Origin: Candidatus Woesearchaeota archaeon
Lineage (GTDB): Archaea > Nanobdellota > Nanobdellia > Woesearchaeales > GW2011-AR4
Assembly: GCA_002688775.1 (NCBI GenBank)
Contig: NZDH01000004.1
Location: forward strand, 54,543 to 118,542
Direction: 5' to 3'
Length of the DNA: 64,000 bases
Under the pieces are notes generated by a model. That model saw only the letters and a program-made list of their open reading frames with translations. It did not search any database and had not been told where the DNA came from. Within the stretch, counting starts at the first letter, position 1. The number at the start of each line of letters is the position of its first letter. Positions 27,712 through 37,727 of this stretch are shown one piece after another. The position numbers were made by a program, and so were the translations under genes.

Positions 27712-29253
27712 TTATTTTAACTCGCTAAATTCATACTTAACTTCTTCCTTATTTTTAATGGTATCCTTAACTACATCTTCGAAATAAGGAATACTTATAG
27801 GTGTTACAAATCTTGCAAAGTTGCTGGTTATCAAGGCTTCTCCAATGTCCAATGAGGCGATTGTCCTGTCGTCATCACTTAAGTCTTGTGATGCGCTTTC
27901 AATTATTGCCTGTCTTTCCGGTTTCATCTCGATACCCAAAATAATTTTGGTGTTCATGTTTGCAAGAATCTCCCTGGGTATCAACGAAGGCAATTGAGTT
28001 ATGGCTGTCAAGCCTACTTTGAATTTACGGCCTTCCCTTGCTACTGTTGAAAATATATTTGGACCTGCCTCTAATACTTCTTTTCCCAAAACTCGCGGAG
28101 CTTCTTCCAAAACAATAGAAATTACTGGTTTTGAATTAAGCGAGCCCTGCATCTTATAGCTTTTGTACTTGTTAAAAACTTCATTTGCTATCAAGCTGCC
28201 TATCAACAATTCAACCGCTCCTGAAAAGTTTGATGTGTCAATTACAGCTATCCTTCCATCCTCAAGCTGCTTGCATATATCCCTTATTGTTGTGAATCCT
28301 GAATTCAACTGAAAAACTCCTTTGCAGAATAATTGATTATTGCTGAATTCCAAGTCAAGCAAGTAAAGCAGTCTTCTTTTGACAACAGCCAGCGTATCAT
28401 CCTTGAATAATTTTCCAAGTTTAAGGTTTTTTTCTAAAATTATAGATTCTATCCACTTGTCTCCAAATTCTTTATAGTAAAGATTCAGTGATTGTTTTTG
28501 GGCATCGCTAAAATCAACAACCCCTTCAAAATGATGGGGCCTTATGACATCCAGATTTATTTTTAATGTGTTTGTTCCAATCGGGGCATTCTTAGACGTG
28601 TAATAAATGATATTTTCCTTATTTGGATGGTCTTTCAAGCCAGTCTTGTTCCTGCCGTAATATTCATCATGGGGGTCCAAAACCAAGATACCGCAATAAC
28701 CTCTTCCAACAGCGTTCCATAAAAGATTCGAGACTAAAACGCTTTTACCCCTTCCTGTGGTTCCTGCTATCAATATGTGGTGAGGGAATACTTTCTCACC
28801 GTCCAGATAGATCTGGACATCAAGCAATTTTGATCCTGATCTTAAGTTGCCGACAAATAACGGATTTTTGGGTTTTGTAAGAAAGGACAGATCAGATTCT
28901 TTTATCTCTCTTATTTCAGAAAAAAAACCAGGCATTGATTTGCTGACAAATGCATTTTTATCTTTTATAGTCACTAAACTTTTCATAATTGCTAGCATGT
29001 AATTCCGTAAATTAGGGTCAAAAAGCTCAAATTCTGTGTTTTCTTCAAGCTTCATGCCAGAAATCAGTTCCAGGTTTTGCTGTGATATCTGGCTTCCATA
29101 AACTAAATCATAGACCTGCAGCAATATTTTACTGTCATTGGAATCAGAAATTAATAATTCTCCTATCTCAATTGATTGGCCTGATTTTTGTCTTGCAATT
29201 ATTTTTCCAAACTCACCAGAAATAACCTGGCCCTTAGTCAAAATACCACCCAA
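27712..29253 (-). CDS. herA: HerA-type (FtsK/HerA superfamily) ATPase
   Basis: An N-terminal HAS-barrel-like [15 protein letters not shown] is followed by Walker [11 protein letters not shown] and Walker B VLDPHDEY. Confidence 0.7.
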   Translation of the reverse strand: MGGILTKGQVISGEFGKIIARQKSGQSIEIGELLISDSNDSKILLQVYDLVYGSQISQQNLELISGMKLEENTEFELFDPNLRNYMLAIMKSLVTIKDKNAFVSKSMPGFFSEIREIKESDLSFLTKPKNPLFVGNLRSGSKLLDVQIYLDGEKVFPHHILIAGTTGRGKSVLVSNLLWNAVGRGYCGILVLDPHDEYYGRNKTGLKDHPNKENIIYYTSKNAPIGTNTLKINLDVIRPHHFEGVVDFSDAQKQSLNLYYKEFGDKWIESIILEKNLKLGKLFKDDTLAVVKRRLLYLLDLEFSNNQLFCKGVFQLNSGFTTIRDICKQLEDGRIAVIDTSNFSGAVELLIGSLIANEVFNKYKSYKMQGSLNSKPVISIVLEEAPRVLGKEVLEAGPNIFSTVAREGRKFKVGLTAITQLPSLIPREILANMNTKIILGIEMKPERQAIIESASQDLSDDDRTIASLDIGEALITSNFARFVTPISIPYFEDVVKDTIKNKEEVKYEFSELK

Positions 29254-29296
29254 AAGTGAAGAATAAAAATTAGATATATAAAATTTGCTGTTAGAA

Positions 29297-30454
29297 TTAA
29301 TGCGTATCCATTTTTTTAGGCATCACACCTTTCCTTTTTACAAACCAGTAAACCGAAACTACAGCTATCAATGTGGAGAAAAAAATGATCCACAGCATAA
29401 TTTGCCAGCTTAGCTGTTCCGCAATCGGGGCAACTCCAAATATGGTTGCTATTGTATTAGGAACAAGAACAGCAGTTCCAAGGACAGTGAGCCAGGTAAC
29501 AACCAAAGCAAGCCTGTTGTTTAATGTCTGCAGCTGATTGTTGTAAATGCTTTGTAAAACTTCCAATCCGGAAGCCAGCACAGTTGACATCTGTTCGCTA
29601 ATAGATATCTGTCTTGTTAAGTCTGTACTTAACATACCTACTTTTTGCAAAGTTATTGGATCGTCTGTGATTAACTCAGCATCCCCATATCTTAAGTAAT
29701 GAACAACGTCCAAGCTGGCCCACAAAGCTTCCAGATAGGATATTAAGGCATGCTTCATTTTATAAATATCTGCGCCTAATTCCTGCTTTGGGAATGTTGG
29801 ATGAATCAGATATTTGCTGATTTCTTCGCCTTGCTCCTGAATTGATCGAATGCCATCAAAATTTCTTTCATTGTTTTCATCAAGAATCCTTACCAGAACC
29901 AAAGAGATCTTGTCAACATCATCCAAATTTTTCGGCACTTTTTTGAAGAATGTAACTGCGTATCTTGCAAACTTTGCCAATCTTGTGACATGCTCGCCGT
30001 GGATTGTGACTATTATGTTATTCTTCATCAATATTATCAGCTTGTTGATTTCAACTTCGAGTTCATCCACACGAACAGCCGGAAGCAGCAAGCCAAGCTC
30101 TGTTGTCTGGTCTTCATATCCTGAAAATCTTTCTGATACCAATTCATGAACTATTGATGGTTTGAATCCCAGCACTGAAGCAACTTTACTTCCTTCTTCT
30201 TTTAAGTCATCAACCTTGACATTGATCCAGGCAAAATCTGCATCCTTCAATGTTTCCTGAAATTCTTCCAATTGGCCTTCTAGTTTCACATTGCTCCCAT
30301 TTTTGAGCATCGCAACGCAAAAGGTCGGGCTTATGCCGTTTGCAGCCTGCGGTTTCTGGGCTAAAGAAGATTTAATTTCAGTTTCTTCATCTTTATTTTT
30401 TGATTTCATATTGTCTGTATTTTTGTTGCTTGCTTTTTTGATTTTATCCGCCAT
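29297..30454 (-). CDS. CorA-like divalent cation transporter
   Basis: A cytoplasmic N-terminal domain precedes two C-terminal TM helices. The GxN-like loop reads IFGVAP, which diverges from GMN. Confidence 0.5.
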   Translation of the reverse strand: MADKIKKASNKNTDNMKSKNKDEETEIKSSLAQKPQAANGISPTFCVAMLKNGSNVKLEGQLEEFQETLKDADFAWINVKVDDLKEEGSKVASVLGFKPSIVHELVSERFSGYEDQTTELGLLLPAVRVDELEVEINKLIILMKNNIIVTIHGEHVTRLAKFARYAVTFFKKVPKNLDDVDKISLVLVRILDENNERNFDGIRSIQEQGEEISKYLIHPTFPKQELGADIYKMKHALISYLEALWASLDVVHYLRYGDAELITDDPITLQKVGMLSTDLTRQISISEQMSTVLASGLEVLQSIYNNQLQTLNNRLALVVTWLTVLGTAVLVPNTIATIFGVAPIAEQLSWQIMLWIIFFSTLIAVVSVYWFVKRKGVMPKKMDTH

Positions 30455-30558
30455 AAATTCCCATAATGGACATGATTATTTTAGTGTATAATTTAAGATG
30501 TATTCGAGAATTTTGGGGTTTGAATGTTATATAAAACTTTCTGTTAGCGGCATATATG

Positions 30559-31245
30559 CTACTTCTTTAAGAACTTATTAAAATCCGAAAGGTTCTTTTG
30601 GAATTTATTTTTGACCAAATCCTGATATGGGGCCCAGCTCTTTCTGAATATATCGGGATATTTCTCGAAATTGTCTTTAAGAAATTTGGCTGTTTTTGGA
30701 TCTGACATATATCCGGAACCAAAATCTTTTCCTATTTGTTTTTTTAGTTTTTCGATTTCCCTGTCCCCAGTAACTTTTGCTATGATTGAAGCTGCTGCAA
30801 CCAGTTGATAACGTTCAGCTTTATGTTCCAGGATTAAGTTTATTTTTTTATTTTTCAATAGATTTGTTAAATATTCCTTGTAAGATTTAATATTAATGCT
30901 TGGACAGTCTACTATTGATTTATTTGGCTGGAATTTATTTAGAATTTCTGCAGTTTTTTTTGCTTCCAGTTTGTTTAGGTTTAATCCGTCTTGTCCTTGT
31001 ACAGCCCTGTCTATCTCTTCTGGTTGAATGATTATGACTTTGTAGTGTTTTAGGACTTTGATTATTTTATCATATAATTCTTCGCGCTGAACTTTAGTTA
31101 GTAATTTAGAATCTTTAGGTTTTAGAGCTTCTAATTGTTTCATATTTTTTCCTTCGATTAGAGCTCCGCACAGAACCATACTTCCTATGACTGGGCCTCT
31201 CCTGGCTTCATCTATACCGCAAATTAGCATTAAACACCTTTTCAA
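30559..31245 (-). CDS. rnhB: ribonuclease HII
   Basis: ICGIDEARRGPVIGSMV is the RNase HII N-terminal DEDD core. Confidence 0.85.
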   Translation of the reverse strand: MKRCLMLICGIDEARRGPVIGSMVLCGALIEGKNMKQLEALKPKDSKLLTKVQREELYDKIIKVLKHYKVIIIQPEEIDRAVQGQDGLNLNKLEAKKTAEILNKFQPNKSIVDCPSINIKSYKEYLTNLLKNKKINLILEHKAERYQLVAAASIIAKVTGDREIEKLKKQIGKDFGSGYMSDPKTAKFLKDNFEKYPDIFRKSWAPYQDLVKNKFQKNLSDFNKFLKK

Positions 31246-31287
31246 TAAAATAAGAATTTTAGAATTATAAAAATGTTGTGAAAAGAA

Positions 31288-31389
31288 TAGCGGAGGCTAG
31301 ATTTGAACTAGCGACCTATGGGTTATGAGCCCATCGGGCACTCCTGATTGGGCGCCTGGAACAGAGTCCAAACTCTGCCCTACTCCGCT
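31288..31389 (-). tRNA. tRNA-Met(CAT), initiator-like (A1:U72, three G-C pairs closing the anticodon stem), with ~27-nt insertion in the D-arm region
   Basis: The minus-strand read is AGCGGAG-TA-[GGGC...48 nt...GCCC-G]-ATGGG-CTCATAA-CCCAT-AGGTC-GCTAG-TTCAAAT-CTAGC-CTCCGCT-A. The acceptor, anticodon and T arms are canonical. The D-arm segment is about 27 nt too long. Confidence 0.75.
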
Positions 31390-31429
31390 ATAAGTTCTGA
31401 GAATTAAAGTTTGTTTATAAAAGTTATGA

Positions 31430-32161
31430 CTATATTCCCAATTTATCCATGATTTCACTCCTATTTATTTGTTTGATTTGACCAATCTTTAGATGTTTTA
31501 ATTGAAGGCTGCCTATCGAAATCCTGTTCAAATGGATTACTTCGTAACCTAAAGTTTCAAACATTTTCCTAATTTGTTTTTTCTTGCCTTCTTCTATTGA
31601 AATTTGCAGTTTTCTTTTTCCCAATGGTAATATCTTGGTGGGTTTTGTCTTATAAGAGCGATTATTAACTTTAATTATAACTCCGTTTTCCAATTTTCTT
31701 ATTTGTTTTTTATTAATTTCTTTTTCCAGCATGACATTATATTTTTTAGTGATTTTATTGCTAGGTTGCATTACCGAATCCGATAATCTGCCATCGTTTG
31801 TAATGATTAGCAAACCTTCCGTATCCCTATCAAGTCTGCCAACAGAGAAGAGTGATAAAATTTGTTCTGGAGGTAGTTTTAATTTAGAGATTATATCATA
31901 AACAGACTTTTCATCCATAGATTTCTGGCATAGATGTCCTTTAGGTTTGTTGAGAATGAAATATAATTTCTTTATCGGTTTCAATTTTTCATTTTCTATT
32001 TTAACAATTGATTTTTTAGGATTGAAGAAATAATTGGGATTTATTACCGGCAAGCCATTTAGAGTTATTTTTCCTTTTCTAATTGCTTCTGTAGCTTCAT
32101 CTGCCCTACTGAATCTTCCAGTTTTCATTAGAAACTGCTTTAAGGATGTTTTTCTTGACAT
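31430..32161 (-). CDS. RsuA/RluB-family pseudouridine synthase (S4 domain + catalytic domain)
   Basis: An S4-like N-terminus precedes the catalytic GRLDRDTEGLLIITNDG. The start overlaps the aIF5A stop (TAATG). Confidence 0.75.
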   Translation of the reverse strand: MSRKTSLKQFLMKTGRFSRADEATEAIRKGKITLNGLPVINPNYFFNPKKSIVKIENEKLKPIKKLYFILNKPKGHLCQKSMDEKSVYDIISKLKLPPEQILSLFSVGRLDRDTEGLLIITNDGRLSDSVMQPSNKITKKYNVMLEKEINKKQIRKLENGVIIKVNNRSYKTKPTKILPLGKRKLQISIEEGKKKQIRKMFETLGYEVIHLNRISIGSLQLKHLKIGQIKQINRSEIMDKLGI

Positions 32162-32541
32162 TAGCTTCTTTTCTCTAGAATTTGAACATTGCCGTTGAAA
32201 TCAATAAAAGTAACTTGATCATTTTCATTTAGATCGTTGAATAACTCAGATGGTGCATTTCCATCAAAAGTTTCATAACTAACCATATCCATAACTTGTA
32301 CTTTATCATTTGTCTTAGAAATAACTTGGCCAAGCTTCCTTATTATATCTATAATTTCGACTTTGTCAGTATGATGCAGATTAATGCTTTTTTCTCCTTT
32401 TTCATGCAAGCCCTGAATAAAGAGCTTTAATTTGCTGTGAGAATGAGTCCCATAAACGACAACTTCTTTCCTAATTACCCTTACAGGCTCACCACCATGA
32501 ATAAAGTAACTTCCTTTTTGAAGTTCTGATGCTTCTGCCAT
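32161..32541 (-). CDS. eif5a: translation initiation factor 5A
   Basis: The hypusine-loop-like segment YGTHSHSKLK sits in a ~126-aa protein with an OB fold. Deoxyhypusine synthase is encoded at 49031. Confidence 0.65.
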   Translation of the reverse strand: MAEASELQKGSYFIHGGEPVRVIRKEVVVYGTHSHSKLKLFIQGLHEKGEKSINLHHTDKVEIIDIIRKLGQVISKTNDKVQVMDMVSYETFDGNAPSELFNDLNENDQVTFIDFNGNVQILEKRS

Positions 32542-32656
32542 TATATTTTGGTAATAATTCCCTTTTATAAAATTTATTGAATTTTTAGTCTAAATTTAGA
32601 GTACTACTGAATAACAACCTTTATAAATTGAGGATTGATTTCTTAAAGCTTTAAAG

Positions 32657-33796
32657 ATGAAATTAATAAAACGATTGATACCGGTAAGTGAAAGAAGAAC
32701 AGAGCAATATAGGCCAACAGAGGACTTGCCATTTGGTAAAGAAAGATCACCCCATATGGCACTAATGGACTTTGATGGTGAGTCGTGGGTTAATGCAAGA
32801 ATAGTCCCATATGGTAACCTAAGTATTGCACCTGGAGCTGGTACATTTGATTATGGACATGGAATTTTTGAATCACAAAGAGCTTTCTTGCATCCAGATG
32901 GAGAAGTACACATATTTAGATATGGTGATAATGCTCAAAGGATGAATTTTTCTGCTGATAGGCTTTGCATGCCAGAATTACCTGCTGAACTTCATGAAGA
33001 ATTAGTTAATATGTTGGTTGATGTTGATAGGCTGTCAGTTCCTGATAGACCAGACCATTCATTATATATAAGATCTAAAATGATTGGCACTGAAGATTCT
33101 CTTGGTGTCAGAGAGGGAAATACATATTTATTTTGTGCATACACTTCTCCAAGCGGTCCAATTTATCCAGGGGGACTATCAACACCAGTAAAACTTTTAC
33201 TAACATCTAAGTATCATCGAGCTGGACCTGGAGGTACTGGTGCTATAAAAGCAGGAGGAAATTACGCTGGATCTTTCAAGCCACGACAGCTTGCCAGAAG
33301 TATTGGTGCTGATGATGTGCTTTATTTAGATGTTACAGATCGTTTTCTTCAGGAAGTTGGTGCAACAAATTATTTTCAAGTTCTAGATGATGGTACTTTT
33401 GTGATTCCTAAATTTTCTGATACTATACTTAGATCCATTACTGCTTTAACTGCGTTAGAGATATGTAGAGATCTGGATATTCCTTTTAGGCAAGATATAT
33501 TGACATTAGATGGCTTGGTAGAGGGCCTTTCCCCACCTAGTCCTACAATTTTAGAAAATGGTGTTTTAGGTACTGCCGCAGGTATTAAAAATGTTGGATC
33601 ATTTGTTTTAAGTCCTGAATTGGCATCTCGATATGGAGTTAGTGATCTAATTGTTGGTGATGGTAATCTAGGAGAGATTACTAGGAGAGTTCATGAAAGA
33701 TATACCAAAGTCACAAGAGGACTTTTAGAGGATACACATAGATGGCTAAAAAAAGTTGAAAGAAATCAGGGAAGCAGACTAGAAATAGCTGTTTAA
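32657..33796 (+). CDS. ilvE: branched-chain amino acid aminotransferase (class IV PLP fold)
   Basis: FDYGHGIFE and GGNYAGS-like motifs are present. The protein is K-poor, unlike its neighbours. Confidence 0.7.
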   Translation: MKLIKRLIPVSERRTEQYRPTEDLPFGKERSPHMALMDFDGESWVNARIVPYGNLSIAPGAGTFDYGHGIFESQRAFLHPDGEVHIFRYGDNAQRMNFSADRLCMPELPAELHEELVNMLVDVDRLSVPDRPDHSLYIRSKMIGTEDSLGVREGNTYLFCAYTSPSGPIYPGGLSTPVKLLLTSKYHRAGPGGTGAIKAGGNYAGSFKPRQLARSIGADDVLYLDVTDRFLQEVGATNYFQVLDDGTFVIPKFSDTILRSITALTALEICRDLDIPFRQDILTLDGLVEGLSPPSPTILENGVLGTAAGIKNVGSFVLSPELASRYGVSDLIVGDGNLGEITRRVHERYTKVTRGLLEDTHRWLKKVERNQGSRLEIAV

Positions 33797-33809
33797 TTCT
33801 TATTAAAAT

Positions 33810-35072
33810 TCACCCCCTATAAGCCTTCTTAATCTCTTCAGCAATAATCTTAATTCCCTGCTCAACGTCCTCTAAAGGGGCTGCGCCGAAGTTTATTCTG
33901 ATACATTCATCTATGTGTTTCCATTTTTCATCTTTTAGACCGGTAAAAAAATATTCTCCCGGTACAATTATTACGTCTCTTTTCTTTAATCTGTTGTAGA
34001 TTTCTTTTGATTTGACTGGAATGTCTTTTAGCCAGATCCATAAAAAGAAAGTTCCTTCGCTTTTGTGTATGTAATAAGGAATTGAATTGTCAAAATATTT
34101 TTTTATGAAGCTAATTGCTTGGTTTGATCTTTCTTTATAATATGGTGTTACATATTTTTTGCTTATATCTATTATTGATGAGTCTTTAATTAACGGGTCC
34201 ATGATAGCAGGGCCAAAGTTCGCAACGGCCAATGATACAATTGCATCGGCTCTTCCTAATGCTTCAATTATTTTTTCATCTGCTATGATTATGCCTGTCC
34301 TTATTGAAGGCAAGCCTAATTTAGATAAGCTCATGGATAGAATCATATTATTATTCCATTGCAAATTAGCGTCTGTAAACATTATTTTAGGGAAGGGTGC
34401 ACCATATGCGTTATCAATGATCAAAGGTATTTTGTTTTCTTCTGCTAATTTAATCAGCTTATCCTGCTCTTCATTTGTTATTACATTTCCAGTAGGATTA
34501 GTGGGTCTTGAAATGCAAATTGCAGCAATTTCATCAGTAACTTTTAATTTATTGAAATCTATGTGGTACTTAAATGTATGATTATCAATAATTTCAAATT
34601 CTGGTTTGACAGAAACAAAAAGATCATCTTCTATGCCCTGGTCCATGTAACCTATATATTCTGGTACAATCGGCAACAAAATTTTCTTTTTCCTGCCGTC
34701 AGACATTTGGCCTGCAATCAGGTTGAATAAGATAAAAAATGCCGGCTGGCTGCCATTAGTGGTCTTGATATTCTTATTAGTAATATTCCATTTAAACTCC
34801 CTTTTAAAAAAATCAGCAAGTGTATCTATTAACTTTAAGTTGCCCTGAGGCGGATCATAACTGATTATCAAAGTCTCATATTCATTCTTATTATTCAGGA
34901 TTTCAACCATTCTTTTCCTAAACAATTTCTGCATTTCAGGAATATGAGCTGGGTTGCCGCCGCCAAGCATGAAATTTTTCTTTTTTTCCCTGGTAGCTTT
35001 GCCTAGATCATCCATCAATTCCAGAATACCTGAAAGATTTGTTATCTTTTTCCCGAACTTGGAAAATTCCAT
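33810..35072 (-). CDS. class I/II PLP-dependent aminotransferase (valine-pyruvate/AvtA-like)
   Basis: MSLSKLGLPSIRTG carries the SxSK PLP-lysine motif, and LGGGNPA is typical of AvtA-like enzymes. Confidence 0.65.
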   Translation of the reverse strand: MEFSKFGKKITNLSGILELMDDLGKATREKKKNFMLGGGNPAHIPEMQKLFRKRMVEILNNKNEYETLIISYDPPQGNLKLIDTLADFFKREFKWNITNKNIKTTNGSQPAFFILFNLIAGQMSDGRKKKILLPIVPEYIGYMDQGIEDDLFVSVKPEFEIIDNHTFKYHIDFNKLKVTDEIAAICISRPTNPTGNVITNEEQDKLIKLAEENKIPLIIDNAYGAPFPKIMFTDANLQWNNNMILSMSLSKLGLPSIRTGIIIADEKIIEALGRADAIVSLAVANFGPAIMDPLIKDSSIIDISKKYVTPYYKERSNQAISFIKKYFDNSIPYYIHKSEGTFFLWIWLKDIPVKSKEIYNRLKKRDVIIVPGEYFFTGLKDEKWKHIDECIRINFGAAPLEDVEQGIKIIAEEIKKAYRG

Positions 35073-35157
35073 GTTTTTACCCCCAATGATTTAAAAAAAT
35101 AACGCGTTAAAATTCGCTTCGCAAATTCACTGGCTTATTTTTCTTTGAAAAAATAAA

Positions 35158-35272
35158 CGCCGAGGGGGAGATTTGAACTCCCGTGCCCTTTCGGACAGAG
35201 GATAAAAACAACTATCCATAAGGGAAAAAGCCTTAGCAATCCTCCGCAATGGCCAGGCTATGCGACCTCGGC
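35158..35272 (-). tRNA. tRNA-Ser(GCT) with canonical-position (37/38) ~30-nt intron and long variable arm
   Basis: The minus-strand read is GCCGAGG...GAGGA-TT-GCT-A-[AGGC...TTTTT]-A-TCCTC-TGTCCGAAAGGGCAC-GGGAG-TTCAAAT-CTCCC-CCTCGGC-G. Confidence 0.75.
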
Positions 35273-35358
35273 ATATTAGAAGGTTAATTTTGGCTATTTA
35301 TAAAATTTTGCCAATATTGTTCAAATTATTAAAATTCCAACAAGGTTGAAAATTGAGT

Positions 35359-35452
35359 GCAGAGGAAATTTCCATACGAAGTCTCAAAAATCGAAGATTT
35401 TTGACGATGATCGGAAATCTCTGATTTACCGACATGTGAAAATTTCCTCTGC
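35359..35452. repeat. 94-bp palindromic element bounded by a perfect 13-bp inverted repeat (GCAGAGGAAATTT...AAATTTCCTCTGC), containing inner hairpin TCAAAAATC-gaa-GATTTTTGA
   Basis: Related copies occur at ~63395-63487 and 63689-63723 and share GATC(G/A)...GAAAAT...CGACA(C/T)(A/G)T. A further hairpin GGCTTTTC-atcaa-GAAAAGCC lies at 35458-35478. Confidence 0.6.
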
Positions 35453-35554
35453 GAATAGGCTTTTCATCAAGAAAAGCCGTGTTTGAAACCATTGTTGTTG
35501 GAATTTTAATTTCAATAACAAAACTTATAAATCGTTATACTAATTTAAAATAAA

Positions 35555-37609
35555 ATGAAAAAATTGGTGATATTGCTTATCATACTTCTAGTAATACCCC
35601 CCGTTATTGCTGATTGGTTCTATAACAGCCAGCATGTTACTGCCAATATTGATATTTATTCTGAAGCAGAGGTCGCACCAACAAGACCGAGTGGCTACAT
35701 CCAAAGTGCAACGATAAATATGACATTCTTTCCTAAAGAGACTGATACGCAAGAATTGCTTGAATTCGAGACAGTTCCTGATGCTGATGTTGATGATGAA
35801 ACAATAAAATTTACCTGGAAAAGGCCGGAAGATAAGATTGATTTTAGAGTTATTGTAGATGTCAAAACCACAAACTCAAGAGTCCAGGTCAGGGAAAAAA
35901 TAAATTTTCCAATTGAAGAACTCCCGGATGATATTGAAATATATACAAAATCCAGCAAAACGATAGATTCTGGTGATGAAGCTATAATAAGACTTGCTTC
36001 TGAGCTTGTCAAAGGCGAAGATGATTTATATGCTGCTGTATTTAAGGTAGCTGATTGGACTAAAAACAATATTGATTATAATCTAAGCACTTTAACAGCT
36101 GAAGTAAGCCAAAAAGCATCATGGGTATTGCAGAACAGACAGGGTGTTTGTGATGAACTGACTTCATTGTTCATTGCGTTATTAAGGTCTGTAGGTGTTC
36201 CTGCAAGATTCATAAGTGGAATTGCATACACAAACTCCGAGCTGTTTCCTGAAAATTGGGGTGCTCATGGATGGGCTGAAGTTTATTTTCCAGGTTTTGG
36301 ATGGGTGCCTTTTGACGTCACTTACGGAGAGTTTGGGTGGATTGACCCTACTCATTTCAAGTTCAAGGATTCTGTTGATTCTGATGAACCAGCTACTTAT
36401 TACCAATGGTTTGGTAGAAATGCTGATCTTAATACAAACAAACTTGATATAAAAACCAAGTTAATTGACAAGACTGGTTATTTCCCAACGCCATTGAACA
36501 TAGATGTTTCTGCTTTTAGGGAAGCTGTTAGTTTTGGGTCATATAATCTGGTTGAAGCGATGCTGGAGAATACGGATGACTATTATTATTCAACTGAACT
36601 CTATCTTATCAGGCCCAAAGAGGTTAAGGTAATTGGAAATGAGTTCAAAAGTATTCTGTTGCTACCAAATGAGAAAAAGAAAATTTTCTGGATTTTGAAA
36701 TTAGATGATGATCTAGATAAACAATATGCTTATACATTTCCGTTAATTGTAACTACAACAAACAATATTACTTCAGGAACCAGCTTTAAATCCAGCATAA
36801 GGGAAAAAGATGTTTCATTTGAAGAGGTTGAACAAGTAGCCAAATTGTTGGAAGAAGAAAAAGAAAAAAAGTATTCTGGAAATATTCTTTTGGATTGCAA
36901 AATATCGAATGAAGAGTTTTATGAATATGAAGATGCTGAAGTCTTCTGCACTGCCAAGAACACAGGAAATATATTCATTGAAAACGCAGATGTTTGTTTT
37001 GAAAATCAATGCACTAAAATTGATCTCGGGATTTCCCAGACAAAAAATGTGACTTTTGAAGTGAATAAGTCCAGTATTGGATCACTTGAAATACCAGTTA
37101 CAGTAAGAAACAGCCTGGTTTCAAAATCTCAATTTGTCAGTTATACCATAAAGGATACACCAAAAATTGAGATTGGGGAATTAGAATTTCCATCAGAAGT
37201 TTCTTATGATGATAAATTCTCAGCTGCTTTTACTGTTTCCAAAAATTCTGAATCAAACCCTGAAAATGTAAAGATAGTATTTACTCAAAACAGCCTTGAA
37301 AAAGAATGGTTTGTTGAAGAATTGACAGAAGACAGGAAGTTTGTGATAAATATTGAAGGAAACCAATTGAAATATGGGACAAATGATTATTTGATAAATG
37401 TTGATTTCAGTGATGGGGTAAACAAGCAATACATAACCAAAAAAGAGTTCATAATCAGTTTGACTGATGCCACTATTTTACAGAGAATGCTGCTATGGTT
37501 AAATGGGTTTGATGCTTTGACCCCTGAATCAATTGCCATAATTCTACTGACAGGTACAATCATATTCATTGTGATTGTTATAGTATTGTTTAGGAGAGGT
37601 AGGAGATAG
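35555..37609 (+). CDS. secreted transglutaminase-like cysteine protease-fold protein with C-terminal TM anchor
   Basis: A signal peptide opens the protein. The transglutaminase core is QGVCDELTSLFIALLRSVGVPARFISG...GAHGWAEVYFPGFGWVPFDVT. The C-terminal IAIILLTGTIIFIVIVIVLFRRGRR is a TM anchor. Confidence 0.7.
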   Translation: MKKLVILLIILLVIPPVIADWFYNSQHVTANIDIYSEAEVAPTRPSGYIQSATINMTFFPKETDTQELLEFETVPDADVDDETIKFTWKRPEDKIDFRVIVDVKTTNSRVQVREKINFPIEELPDDIEIYTKSSKTIDSGDEAIIRLASELVKGEDDLYAAVFKVADWTKNNIDYNLSTLTAEVSQKASWVLQNRQGVCDELTSLFIALLRSVGVPARFISGIAYTNSELFPENWGAHGWAEVYFPGFGWVPFDVTYGEFGWIDPTHFKFKDSVDSDEPATYYQWFGRNADLNTNKLDIKTKLIDKTGYFPTPLNIDVSAFREAVSFGSYNLVEAMLENTDDYYYSTELYLIRPKEVKVIGNEFKSILLLPNEKKKIFWILKLDDDLDKQYAYTFPLIVTTTNNITSGTSFKSSIREKDVSFEEVEQVAKLLEEEKEKKYSGNILLDCKISNEEFYEYEDAEVFCTAKNTGNIFIENADVCFENQCTKIDLGISQTKNVTFEVNKSSIGSLEIPVTVRNSLVSKSQFVSYTIKDTPKIEIGELEFPSEVSYDDKFSAAFTVSKNSESNPENVKIVFTQNSLEKEWFVEELTEDRKFVINIEGNQLKYGTNDYLINVDFSDGVNKQYITKKEFIISLTDATILQRMLLWLNGFDALTPESIAIILLTGTIIFIVIVIVLFRRGRR

Positions 37610-37727
37610 TATTTGATATTTTTTCCATACCGAAAATAATAAAATTCAACCATTTTGGAATATTCTTCTATATGGAAAATTAATAGAAAGCAAAGTATTA
37701 TATAGAATCAGCGTTTTCTGCTAGATT

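Noticed and set aside
32657-33796. Recent horizontal transfer of ilvE based on K-poor protein composition
   Set aside because: Third-codon positions are still A/T-rich like the host. The composition more likely reflects enzyme conservation than recent import.
35298-35492. 64-aa minus-strand ORF between tRNA-Ser and the transglutaminase gene
   Set aside because: It coincides with the palindromic repeat element, and the inverted-repeat symmetry generates an ORF by chance. It has no start context.
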